Shown here: one piece after another, positions 18,792 through 27,714 of the stretch
How the letters are laid out: each line of letters starts with the position of its first letter
Position numbering within the stretch: the stretch's first letter is position 1
Assembly: GCA_964517065.1 (NCBI GenBank)
Contig: CAZFBK010000001.1
Span: forward strand, 41,734-105,733
Origin: an uncultured Gammaproteobacteria bacterium
GTDB lineage: Bacteria; Patescibacteriota; Patescibacteriia; UBA1558; 2-01-FULL-52-15
Direction of reading: 5' to 3'
Length of the DNA: 64,000 nt
Position numbers and translations under genes: made by a program
The notes under the pieces: model-generated
Seen by the model: the letters and a program-made list of their open reading frames with translations, nothing else
Told to the model about the DNA's origin: nothing
The model's database searches: none

Positions 18792-19538
18792 TTAGTCTAC
18801 CGCTAAATTATTGATATCTTCCAAAGGCTGACTCTGATACATCGTAGGGTTGTAGCTGTTATAATACAGCTCAATCAGGGCTTGAGTATTCAACCGTTGT
18901 ACCTGCAAACCCATGCTGGTCAGGCCTGAAGAAATAAAAATTGAACGTTTGGTTAATTCGCGAGAATATTTTTCAAATTTTTCCTTACCAACGATAACCT
19001 TACGGGCAGCGGTGAAAACATCAAGTAAACGGTCAGAATATTTACGTTTCTGATCATTGATCGGATTATAGTTAACTACAACATAAAAACGCTTACTCAT
19101 GATACTTTCCAGCTCCAGCAGTTCCGAGACAAAATTACGATAATCGGCAGTCTGCATTCTCAGGAGCTCATTGGTGTGCTCTCGCTCGGTCTTCTTCAGA
19201 CGTTCCAGATAGTCGTCAATATTGAGCGGACGTGATTGAATAACAATTTGTAAAGGAAATGACAAGGAATTCAAGAAAGTGACATAAGCCCCGACCATAG
19301 AAGCTTGCTCGTCTTCTGACTTCAGATCGAAGTTGATAGACGAGACGATCAAAACTGCTCGTAACGTACCGTCACGCATCAAGGCTACGTCTTCTTTGAT
19401 CTCGGCAATATCCAAATACTTCTGCGCCGACGGCAGGTGATGTTTCGGCTTCTGGTGCTCTGGTTTATTTTTGGCCATAGACAGCGTTATGAATAAAATT
19501 TGCTTCTTGCTCGCCTTTATAAATACCACCGGTATCAA
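18792..19538 (-). CDS. Hypothetical protein immediately upstream of and abutting the VirB4-like gene. Possibly a split VirB4 N-terminal domain.
   Basis: Stop at 18792 lies two bases from the VirB4-like start at 18790. Combined length of about 880 aa equals a canonical VirB4. No motif of its own was recognised. Confidence 0.4.
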   Translation of the reverse strand: MIPVVFIKASKKQILFITLSMAKNKPEHQKPKHHLPSAQKYLDIAEIKEDVALMRDGTLRAVLIVSSINFDLKSEDEQASMVGAYVTFLNSLSFPLQIVIQSRPLNIDDYLERLKKTEREHTNELLRMQTADYRNFVSELLELESIMSKRFYVVVNYNPINDQKRKYSDRLLDVFTAARKVIVGKEKFEKYSRELTKRSIFISSGLTSMGLQVQRLNTQALIELYYNSYNPTMYQSQPLEDINNLAVD

Positions 19539-19923
19539 CGATCAGAGCCAACTCTGATAGTTTAGAAGCTGTCAGATGTTGTTTTGGGATGAAAATCTCT
19601 TCCTGATGTTTATTCTCGTCTTTCGCTTTGACCTCTAATAACAGCTCCTTTTGCCAGACTCTGAGCTCCGGCTTACGCAGACGTGAGATATAGTTCAAAG
19701 CAAAAATATGAAAGGGCGCACCGTTAATTTTCAGAAAGGCCACTGTACCACCGACTAACAAAAGAAAGCTGCCTTGAAACAAAAATAAATTGAATGGCGA
19801 TAAACGATAGGACAAGAAAACTAATAGTCCAGTGATGATAACGATGACGAATTGTCGAGTGGTAATAGCCCCAATAATTTTGTCTTCGATATCAATGAAT
19901 TGTGGCACGATAAACTTGCGCAT
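19465..19923 (-). CDS. Small two-TM membrane protein, VirB3/PrgI-like by position and topology
   Basis: 152-aa ORF with two adjacent hydrophobic helices (FVIVIITGLLVFLSY ... LLLVGGTVAFL), located just upstream of the VirB4-like region. Confidence 0.35.
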   Translation of the reverse strand: MRKFIVPQFIDIEDKIIGAITTRQFVIVIITGLLVFLSYRLSPFNLFLFQGSFLLLVGGTVAFLKINGAPFHIFALNYISRLRKPELRVWQKELLLEVKAKDENKHQEEIFIPKQHLTASKLSELALIVDTGGIYKGEQEANFIHNAVYGQK

Positions 19924-19926
19924 AGT

Positions 19927-21165
19927 TTAAAATCTCAGATGCTTATTGAGATCAGTAATAGCTTCAAACTCATCGACTGTGAGAGCCTCCTGCCCGCCTG
20001 TCTGTAGAGCAGTAATTGCCTGATTGATATCCATATTTTGTTCTAGACTCTGATGACCGATAGCGAGATACATCTGATAGACTTCATTCTTCCTCCAGCC
20101 ATCGATACCTTGAGCCCGTCGCAACAGTGACTCTTTGCCTAAGTTAACAATACGTTGAAGAATTTTTGCCACCCGCATACGAGGATCAGGGTCTAAAGCG
20201 CGGAAATCTTGCAAGGACATAGTAGAGAGTTCATCAACCTTGCCTAGAATACGATTATTCGGACGTTTCACCTTGGGCAGTTGATCGACCATGGCGCTGA
20301 CATCGGTCATTGGTCGACTGACCTTCGGTAGGTCGCCAGCGGAACGGATCATCGGCTCTGCTAATGCACCTGACGGAGTGACCTCCGGCACCACACTGAC
20401 AGGCTTCTCGGGCTGCGCTGGCACTGAGGGTTCTACTGGTTGAACGGGGCCTACCTCGCGCTTTGCCGAGGATAGCTCGTCAGACATTGGTTGGAAATCA
20501 CCCTTTACTGATAACGGTTTGGATAAAATGTCCGCAATTGGTTTCGGCGTTGACTCTGTCTCAGGTGCACTCATGCCTCGTTCTCCTCCTGCTTCCACCA
20601 CTACACCATCGACACTCTCTATCTTCTCTTTCAAACTTCGAGCTATCAGCATGACCTTATCAGCAATAGCAGGATCAAGGCCAAAACCGACAACACCAGT
20701 ATCAGCTAATAAACCTCTCATCTGAACGAAGCTACGCGCCTGACGAAAGAATGACAGCAAAGATTTGACGAAACGGGCGTACTGCTCCGGTGAGAACTTT
20801 AGTTCGTTTTTTTCTACCAGTTTCTCAGCAATTTTTTCTACGCTATATTTTTTGCGCTCATTGGCAGACAGATAGGAGTTGATTTTCTCCAGCTCAGAAG
20901 CTATATCCTGCTGATCGTCTGGATGAAAATGAAAATCAGCTTTTGAGCCTGGATCTGGAGCAACTTGTGGCGCTGGTACGAAATGCTCATCAGTCGGAAC
21001 CACAGCTGGAAGAGCAGCCGCTGGTAACGGATTTACTGATGTCGTGATTTGGGCACTGATATCGCCAGAACTAGACGACAAAGTACCATCCTGAAACGGC
21101 TTAAACTGGCCGTTACTATCTTTAATCAAAATATTATTATCAAGTTCGGTTTGTGATAAGGCCAT
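19927..21165 (-). CDS. Hypothetical Pro-rich low-complexity protein
   Basis: 412-aa ORF. PxxP-rich segments (PVEPSVPAQPEKPVSVVPEVTP). First gene of the minus-strand cluster. Confidence 0.45.
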   Translation of the reverse strand: MALSQTELDNNILIKDSNGQFKPFQDGTLSSSSGDISAQITTSVNPLPAAALPAVVPTDEHFVPAPQVAPDPGSKADFHFHPDDQQDIASELEKINSYLSANERKKYSVEKIAEKLVEKNELKFSPEQYARFVKSLLSFFRQARSFVQMRGLLADTGVVGFGLDPAIADKVMLIARSLKEKIESVDGVVVEAGGERGMSAPETESTPKPIADILSKPLSVKGDFQPMSDELSSAKREVGPVQPVEPSVPAQPEKPVSVVPEVTPSGALAEPMIRSAGDLPKVSRPMTDVSAMVDQLPKVKRPNNRILGKVDELSTMSLQDFRALDPDPRMRVAKILQRIVNLGKESLLRRAQGIDGWRKNEVYQMYLAIGHQSLEQNMDINQAITALQTGGQEALTVDEFEAITDLNKHLRF

Positions 21166-21463
21166 AGAACAAAAAACCAGTAAATAAAGTGATTATCAGT
21201 AAATAATTTCTACTAAATTATACCATAATATCGTAAAAGACCAAAGTCTTTCACGATATTAAATTCTAAGTTCAAAACCCTAAGTTCAAAACAATTTCAC
21301 CCGTCTCGCCACAGGCGAAGCCGAGACGGAAATATCAAATAATAAAATTCCAAACGACGAACCTCTTTCCCTATAGCGTGTTTGGCTGTTGTTTTGAAAT
21401 TCGTAATTTGAAACTTTGAGCTTGTTTCGGATTTAGAACTTAGTGCTTAGAACTTATGCTCTT

Positions 21464-22678
21464 TTAGAGTTTCTCCCACACTACTATCTCCCGTGCCACT
21501 GCCTGATCCTGACGGTGATACCACAGCGTCCCCCGCTCCGTCAGCTCCGAAGCCAAGCGACTGTGCCGAATAGCCGGCATCAGAGGTCGAAATCCTAATT
21601 TGGCCACCTCAGTCATAATAGGCATAAGTTCATAATCTCGTCCTCGCTGATACATCGGCCAGACCATGACGACTCGACCGCCAGATTTCACAACTTTGGT
21701 GAACTGACCAAAAGCCTGCAGATACAGCTGACTGACCTCGGTGACAATTTGTTGGCGTCGGGTCTCTGACAGAGAACGCTGCAGCTCACGCGCCGGCCCG
21801 AGGTACGGCTCAGTGACTACTGCGTCAAATATTGGCTGGTCATATATCTTGGTTAGACTCTGAACAGGGGTAACGGTAAATCGAACCTGCTCTGCTTCCT
21901 TATCTTTGATCAACCACTGAATATTTTTCTTCGCCTGTTCGACAGCCACAGCGTCGTTATCACTGCACACTATCTGCCAGTCTCGATCCATCTGCCAGGC
22001 TTCCTGTGCTACAGTGCCCAAACCACAGAAGGGATCTAAGACAGCACCATGCTCTGGTATCTGGGCTAGATTAATCATCATCTGCGCCACCTTCGGCGGC
22101 AACATACCACGCGCACTGTCACGCTCCGGACGTCCATAGTCACGCTGTCCGTAGCTTTCAAAATCTTGAACGGCTTCGGTCAGACCCAGATATAGTTCTG
22201 ACGCCGATCCTTTGATGATTAATAATTCTGAACCAATCAAATCATTTTTCTGGACCGCTACTGATGATAGCTGACCTTCTTTATTAGCCATTAGGCGGGC
22301 ATTATACCCTTCAGCTTTAAGCAATTTTTTCACTTTCAAGCCAACCCCCTGCAGTGCATAGGCAGACTTAGGTAATCCGTACTGACTGAACCCAAAAATA
22401 ATTTTTTTAGCTTTATCTGCGTCTAAACTCAATGATTGACGCCAAACTTCCGGTGTTAGCTGACTGATACCTGACATCGTCCTTAGGAGACGTCCGATTT
22501 TGATAGTGCCGCCGAGACGGGACAAGAGATCAACCGGAGCAAACTCCTCTGCAGTGCTGACAATAGCAAAATCCGGTCCTACGTCCGTGACAGCATCCAT
22601 CGTACAGCCCAAAACGGTGAGAATCTCTTCTACTGACAAAGCCGGGTTGGTCCCGAGAATAAATATCCAAGAAATCAT
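21464..22678 (-). CDS. SAM-dependent RNA methyltransferase, THUMP/RlmL-Trm14-like (N2-guanine class)
   Basis: Motif I VLDPFCGLGTVAQEA. Motif IV VVTEPYLGP (NPPY-like). N-terminal THUMP-like region. Confidence 0.6.
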   Translation of the reverse strand: MISWIFILGTNPALSVEEILTVLGCTMDAVTDVGPDFAIVSTAEEFAPVDLLSRLGGTIKIGRLLRTMSGISQLTPEVWRQSLSLDADKAKKIIFGFSQYGLPKSAYALQGVGLKVKKLLKAEGYNARLMANKEGQLSSVAVQKNDLIGSELLIIKGSASELYLGLTEAVQDFESYGQRDYGRPERDSARGMLPPKVAQMMINLAQIPEHGAVLDPFCGLGTVAQEAWQMDRDWQIVCSDNDAVAVEQAKKNIQWLIKDKEAEQVRFTVTPVQSLTKIYDQPIFDAVVTEPYLGPARELQRSLSETRRQQIVTEVSQLYLQAFGQFTKVVKSGGRVVMVWPMYQRGRDYELMPIMTEVAKLGFRPLMPAIRHSRLASELTERGTLWYHRQDQAVAREIVVWEKL

Positions 22679-22800
22679 AATGAATCAATTATAGCCGTTT
22701 ATAGTAAACCTGGCTATCAAAAGTAACACCGACCGACTTAAATAGTTATTCCTTTTGTTCGTGCTATACTAAACTTAGTTCGTATATACATAGTTTATAT

Positions 22801-23484
22801 ATGTGGCTTTTTACAGACCAGGAAAAATCACTAATCCGCTCTCTTCTCGAAAAAGGGAAAATAGAGCAGGAAAAGAACAAAAAATTCGCTATAATCGATT
22901 TTGATGTTTTTTGTCGTTTATTTACACCAAAAGAAGTAACCATGTTCAAAAAATATCTCGCAATCGACCCACAAAAGATAGGTTACAAACTCCCTTTTAT
23001 TGGTATGGGGCAAAATACAGATAACCTTGTAGCAATTGAAGGACAATTATTTCTTGACGCTAATGGAGAGAAAAAGAATATACCCTGTCAGTATCTTCCG
23101 CCAGAAACTTACGAAGCCTATATCCAATTAAACAAAGCTTTGGAAGGTGACATTAGTAAAAAACTACTCATACAATATGGCCACCGTTCCCTCGCACGCC
23201 AAGTCTTCATATTTTTTGATATTTTAGAAAGGATTTATGACTTTGATTTTGACCAGACAATAAAAAGAGTCTGTTTCCCAGACTATAGCGAACACGTCTG
23301 CATGAAACAGCAAGCTATAGATTTTAAAACGGAAGATGGGGTCAAAAGTGAAGACTTCTATCAGACAAAGGAGTACGAATGGTTGAAAAAGAATGCGATG
23401 AAATTTGGGTTTTATGAGTCTTACCCCAAAGATAATATAATGGACATGATGTATGAACCCTGGCATTGGCATCATGAGAGTTGA
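22801..23484 (+). CDS. Peptidase M15 family (VanY-like D-Ala-D-Ala carboxypeptidase) cell-wall hydrolase
   Basis: C-terminal EPWHWHHE motif and an upstream AIDFK, typical of M15. Confidence 0.5.
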   Translation: MWLFTDQEKSLIRSLLEKGKIEQEKNKKFAIIDFDVFCRLFTPKEVTMFKKYLAIDPQKIGYKLPFIGMGQNTDNLVAIEGQLFLDANGEKKNIPCQYLPPETYEAYIQLNKALEGDISKKLLIQYGHRSLARQVFIFFDILERIYDFDFDQTIKRVCFPDYSEHVCMKQQAIDFKTEDGVKSEDFYQTKEYEWLKKNAMKFGFYESYPKDNIMDMMYEPWHWHHES

Positions 23485-23616
23485 AATAGGCATAATTGAC
23501 AAAAAAGCCCCATCATGATAAGTTTTGACCACTTAAATTGTTACTTACAACTGACGATTTTAAGCCATATTCCATGGTGAAAGCCATGAGAATCCTTATC
23601 AATTAAGGTTAAAACC

Positions 23617-24108
23617 ATGTCTCATTACGAGCTGACCTATATCATCTCAGCGGCTATTGCTGAGACTGAATACCCAAGTATTCAGCAGAAAATCAACGAC
23701 TTAATCAAAACAACCTTCAGTGGTACCATTACCTCTGAGGTTTCTTTGGGTCGTAAAAAGCTGGCCTATCCTATCAACAAGGAGAAATACGGCCACTACA
23801 TTACCGAGGAACTCGATCTGGAACCACAGCATTTGAAACAGCTCGACACCGAGCTAAAACTGAACGCTTCACTGCTGCGTCACCTGATCGTCAGTAAGCA
23901 ACTACTGACACCAGAGCAAGTCGAGAAAGAAGCGGCTACTCAGATGAAGATCCGAGCCAAGAAGGCGAACGCCAAGGCTGCGATCTCATCAGCTGCCGAC
24001 AAACGTATGGCTGAAGCTTCCGCTCCTGTCGTACCAGCTGCGCCAAAGATTACTTTGGACAAGTTGGACGAGAAGCTAGACGAAATCCTCGATCAAGAAA
24101 TTAAATAA
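23617..24108 (+). CDS. rpsF: 30S ribosomal protein S6 (with C-terminal extension)
   Basis: MSHYELTYIIS... S6 N-terminus. Conserved rpsF-ssb-rpsR order. Confidence 0.85.
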   Translation: MSHYELTYIISAAIAETEYPSIQQKINDLIKTTFSGTITSEVSLGRKKLAYPINKEKYGHYITEELDLEPQHLKQLDTELKLNASLLRHLIVSKQLLTPEQVEKEAATQMKIRAKKANAKAAISSAADKRMAEASAPVVPAAPKITLDKLDEKLDEILDQEIK

Positions 24109-24201
24109 AAATCAGGGTCAGGATAAAGGGTCAGGGAGTCCAAATTCTCTATCCTTATCTTCAAACCCTGACCCCGACCCTAATCCCTAACCCTTAATAC
24201 T

Positions 24202-24660
24202 ATGGATCTCAACAAAGTCATGTTAATCGGCAACGTTGTCCGCGATCCAGAGATGCGCACCACTCCCACCGGCCAACAAGTAGCCTCCTTCGCGATTGCC
24301 ACCAACCTGGTCTGGACAGATAAAAACGGCCAGAAGCAAAAGAAAGCCGAGTTCCACAACGTCGTGGCTTGGCGCAAACTAGCAGAGATCATCGGACAGT
24401 ATGTGAAGAAAGGCAGCAAAGTCTATATGGAAGGCCGTTTGGAAACACGTAGTTGGGACGATCAGAATGCTGTCAAGCATTACCGAACTGAAATAGTAGC
24501 TGACAATCTTATCCTACTCGATCGAGCAGGCAGCGTACCACAAGGTCAGACCCCGACTACGGACAATAGCCAACCAACCTATAGTCCTATTCCTCAGACA
24601 GCTCCTGCTCCTGAAGACGTCGGTAGCCAAGAAATCAGTGTAGATGATATACCGTTTTAA
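24202..24660 (+). CDS. ssb: Single-stranded DNA-binding protein
   Basis: OB-fold N-terminus MDLNKVMLIGNVVRDPEMRTTPTG. Acidic C-terminal tail ending DDIPF. Confidence 0.9.
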   Translation: MDLNKVMLIGNVVRDPEMRTTPTGQQVASFAIATNLVWTDKNGQKQKKAEFHNVVAWRKLAEIIGQYVKKGSKVYMEGRLETRSWDDQNAVKHYRTEIVADNLILLDRAGSVPQGQTPTTDNSQPTYSPIPQTAPAPEDVGSQEISVDDIPF

Positions 24661-24759
24661 TAAGCAGGGACAGGGTCAGAATTAAGGGTCAGAAGGCCCT
24701 CACATTCACCTACTCAAACCCTGACCCCGACCCTAATCCCTAACCCTAATAAATTACTT

Positions 24760-24978
24760 ATGATCGATTCCAAAGAAAAAAAATATTGCTTCTTCTGCGT
24801 TAATTCTGTTAATCATATTGATTATAAGAATACTCAGATGTTGCAGCGATTCTTGTCTTCTTATGCCAAGATCGTGCCAAAACGCCGCAGTGGTGTCTGC
24901 TCCAAGCATCAGCGTAATCTAGCACAAGCTATCAAACGCTCTCGTTTCTTGGCGTTGCTCCCCTACGTCGCGAAGTAA
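24760..24978 (+). CDS. rpsR: 30S ribosomal protein S18
   Basis: CFFC...IDYKN..LL.RF.S..GKI.PRR.SG.C.K.QR.L..AIKR.R.LAL.P conserved S18 sequence. Confidence 0.9.
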   Translation: MIDSKEKKYCFFCVNSVNHIDYKNTQMLQRFLSSYAKIVPKRRSGVCSKHQRNLAQAIKRSRFLALLPYVAK

Positions 24979-25110
24979 ATTAGAAGCAAGCAATAAATAG
25001 TAAGGAGTAAGGGTCTACCCAACTCACCTTAGCTGTTTACCCATACTTCTAACTTCTTACTCCTTTCTCCTACCCTAGCTCCCTACTCCTAACTTCTAAT
25101 CCCTACCCAA

Positions 25111-25668
25111 ATGTTAAGTTTAAGCGAAATCAAACTCGGCACCGTCGTGTCGATCAATAACGAACCGTATCAGGTCGTCTTCACCCAACATATCAAAGTA
25201 GCCCGCGGAGGTGCCACCCTGCGTACCAAGATGAAAAACCTCATTACCGGCTCAACCTTAGAGAAATCTTTCTCAGGCTCAGACAAAGCCGAGGAAGCAG
25301 ACCTGGAGCGCACCGAAGCCAACTATCTCTATCAACAAAATGGCAACGCTGTCTTCATGGATAATGTCAATTTTGAACAGTATGAATTCCCCAGCGATGG
25401 ACTCGGCGAGATGCTGCCCTATCTGAAAGAAGGTCAGACTGTTGATGTTATGATTTATAATGGCAAAGCAGTCACCGTTGCCTTACCGAAGAAAATTACC
25501 CTTCTTGTCACCTCTGCTCCTCCCGGAGTCCGTGGCGATACTAGCGGCTCAGCCACCAAGACCTGTACGGTAGAAACCGGACTGGAAATCCGCACCCCAC
25601 TTTTCATCAAAGAAGGCGACTCTATCGTCATCAACACTGAAACCGGTGATTACGTAGAGCGAACTTAG
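25111..25668 (+). CDS. efp: Elongation factor P
   Basis: 185 aa. EF-P N-terminal KOW-like region and OB domains. Typical length. Confidence 0.9.
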   Translation: MLSLSEIKLGTVVSINNEPYQVVFTQHIKVARGGATLRTKMKNLITGSTLEKSFSGSDKAEEADLERTEANYLYQQNGNAVFMDNVNFEQYEFPSDGLGEMLPYLKEGQTVDVMIYNGKAVTVALPKKITLLVTSAPPGVRGDTSGSATKTCTVETGLEIRTPLFIKEGDSIVINTETGDYVERT

Positions 25669-25724
25669 GTGAGCTCGGAGTAGCCTGTCCCGAGCTTGTC
25701 GAGGGATAGAAAGAGTAGCCGCCT

Positions 25725-25771
25725 AAAATAACAAAAAACTGTTCCCCTTGGAAACAGTTTTTTGTTATTTT
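25725..25771. terminator. Bidirectional rho-independent terminator between efp (+) and a convergent minus-strand operon
   Basis: About 19-bp perfect stem AAAATAACAAAAAACTGTT ... AACAGTTTTTTGTTATTTT. Confidence 0.7.
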
Positions 25772-25912
25772 AGGTAAACCCTAAACTCGAAATTCTAAAC
25801 GCCAGGACCAAACGCCCCAGAGCCCCTCTTCGCCAAGAGGGGGTATCCGATGAAATATTTTACTATATACAATCTGCAGAATATCTTGGAAAAAATAAAA
25901 TTTCGCAATACC

Positions 25913-25986
25913 GCCCACTACCTGGTTTCTGCGAGACTTGTACTCAAGGCAAAGCAGTCCAGTTATTATATTGAGTAGTTTCTATA
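25913..25986. repeat. About 70-bp dispersed repeat, copy A (GGTTTCTGCGAG...GCAGTCCAG...TATATTGAGTAGTTT)
   Basis: Shares about 75% identity with 40325-40390. The two copies bracket the giant-protein operon. Confidence 0.6.
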
Positions 25987-26010
25987 CCGACAAACATTTT
26001 GTATTACTAT

Positions 26011-27273
26011 TTATAACAACACAAAACGCTTGTCGGTATACTGTACCTGTCGCCAGCGCCACTGACCCGCTGCCACATCAATATACACCGGCGGTGTGGG
26101 CAGCTTCATCACCTGACTGAGGTATTCTGCTGCCATAGCAGAGTCTGCCGGCTGCAGCTGTATTTTGTCTTCAAGTAATAATTGCAAAAATAATGTCCAA
26201 TTGACCGCTGACCATTCACTCTGCCACAACGTTTTGGCCCGATCACCGAAGCGTACATTGATATAGCGACGAAGAATTCCGATATAACGCTGATCTGAAC
26301 GTAATAATTCGGATAGGTATTGCTTCTCAGCCAAAAGCGTCAGAGCCACCAGAGCACGTTCATGTTCGCTTAGACCAATAGCATTCCACAGGAGATCAGC
26401 CAGACGACTCCCCTCTCCACCACTCTCGACCGTCAGTCCATCCTGCAAACGATCAACCTGTAGCTGTAACTTGGCTACATACTGATGGTATTGATCCATA
26501 AGATCATCGACATCAGCAACTTGACTCATCTGCATCCGCGGTTGCGCCTCACCGACTTCGGCAATATTCAAGAAATTCTCAGTCATCGTCAGACGCATCG
26601 GACGTGCTTCATTGTATGAAGCCAGGAAATTCAGCAAGTTATCTTTCTCATCTTGTGACAGACGTTTCGCGTTGACACTGCGGACTAAATATTGACTACG
26701 GATGAGATTATCAGAGGCTTCAGCTCCGGCGAAGTGCAAATAATCCTTCAGCCAGTTTTCCAGCGTCGGCTCGATCTGTCTACCCGCCTCGTCTGTAATA
26801 TAATTCTTGGTCAGGAACAAATCTTTGTTGGCAACATTCTCCCCCATGAAATCCCTTATGGGTTGGATCACAGCGTCATCATCCGGTTGTTCTATCAGCT
26901 CAGCTTCTGGACTGGACGTCGGCGGAGCCTTCAGTTCTGGCACTACTGCCGGCACTTTACCGCCGAGACGCAGGATCAATCTGTCAACGTCACCAAGATA
27001 TATTTGCAATGGCCAGAGACGGAGATAGGCGAAATCACGTGCTAACTCCAAAATATCAATGTTCTTTAGATCTAATTTTGATAGAGCTACGTGAAACTCA
27101 AGTACGGGGATCTCCTTGGTAATTACTGATATCAGAACTTGCAATACCTGCTGCAATTGGGATGGTGTCAGATGATATATAGTAGCAATAGTATGATTGA
27201 TGTCAGTGCTACGCTCAGCAAAAACAACAGCTTGAACTTCTGGTGGTAGACTTTGTAATGTTTGAGGCGACAT
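26011..27273 (-). CDS. Hypothetical protein, paralog of the adjacent 144-aa protein (shared about 85-aa N-terminal domain)
   Basis: N-terminus LQSLPPEVQAVVFAERSTDINHTIATIYHLTPSQLQQVLQVLISVITKE aligns with the 27280-27714 product. Confidence 0.5.
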   Translation of the reverse strand: MSPQTLQSLPPEVQAVVFAERSTDINHTIATIYHLTPSQLQQVLQVLISVITKEIPVLEFHVALSKLDLKNIDILELARDFAYLRLWPLQIYLGDVDRLILRLGGKVPAVVPELKAPPTSSPEAELIEQPDDDAVIQPIRDFMGENVANKDLFLTKNYITDEAGRQIEPTLENWLKDYLHFAGAEASDNLIRSQYLVRSVNAKRLSQDEKDNLLNFLASYNEARPMRLTMTENFLNIAEVGEAQPRMQMSQVADVDDLMDQYHQYVAKLQLQVDRLQDGLTVESGGEGSRLADLLWNAIGLSEHERALVALTLLAEKQYLSELLRSDQRYIGILRRYINVRFGDRAKTLWQSEWSAVNWTLFLQLLLEDKIQLQPADSAMAAEYLSQVMKLPTPPVYIDVAAGQWRWRQVQYTDKRFVLL

Positions 27274-27279
27274 AAATAA

Positions 27280-27714
27280 CTATTTCTCTTGCGGTAGCGT
27301 ACCACCAAGAGATTGTAATAAGATTTCGACCCCACCGATCCATTCCCGAAGCGGCCAGAGACGCAGATATACCAAATCAAGCATTAATTGTTCGAGATCT
27401 ACCCCTGGCAAATCTAGTGTTGCTATAGCTTCCTTAAAATCACTAGCCGGTAACTCTTTAGTAATCACAGCAATAATAATCTGCAATATCTGCTGTAATT
27501 GAGCGCTTGTCAACCTATGAATTACTGCAATGTTATGATTTATATCAGACGTACGTTGCTGAAAAACCACTGATTGAATCTCCTCCGGTAATGTCTGCAG
27601 TGTATAAGATATTCTAGATTCTTTCATGTTATTATGTAGCTTTCGTAGGTCTAACCTGGGGTTTCTTTGGAAGTTTCGGCGGTGTCTTGCCACCAGCATG
27701 GAAAACCGAAGCAC
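27280..27714 (-). CDS. Hypothetical protein, short paralog of the 420-aa protein
   Basis: LQTLPEEIQSVVFQQRTSDINHNIAVIHRLTSAQLQQILQIIIAVITKE. Same domain as the neighbour. Confidence 0.5.
   Translation of the reverse strand: MLRFSMLVARHRRNFQRNPRLDLRKLHNNMKESRISYTLQTLPEEIQSVVFQQRTSDINHNIAVIHRLTSAQLQQILQIIIAVITKELPASDFKEAIATLDLPGVDLEQLMLDLVYLRLWPLREWIGGVEILLQSLGGTLPQEK

Noticed and set aside
24202-24660. ssb as a marker of a conjugative or integrative element
   Set aside because: It sits in the canonical chromosomal rpsF-ssb-rpsR arrangement, so it is the housekeeping SSB and not part of a mobile-element cargo.
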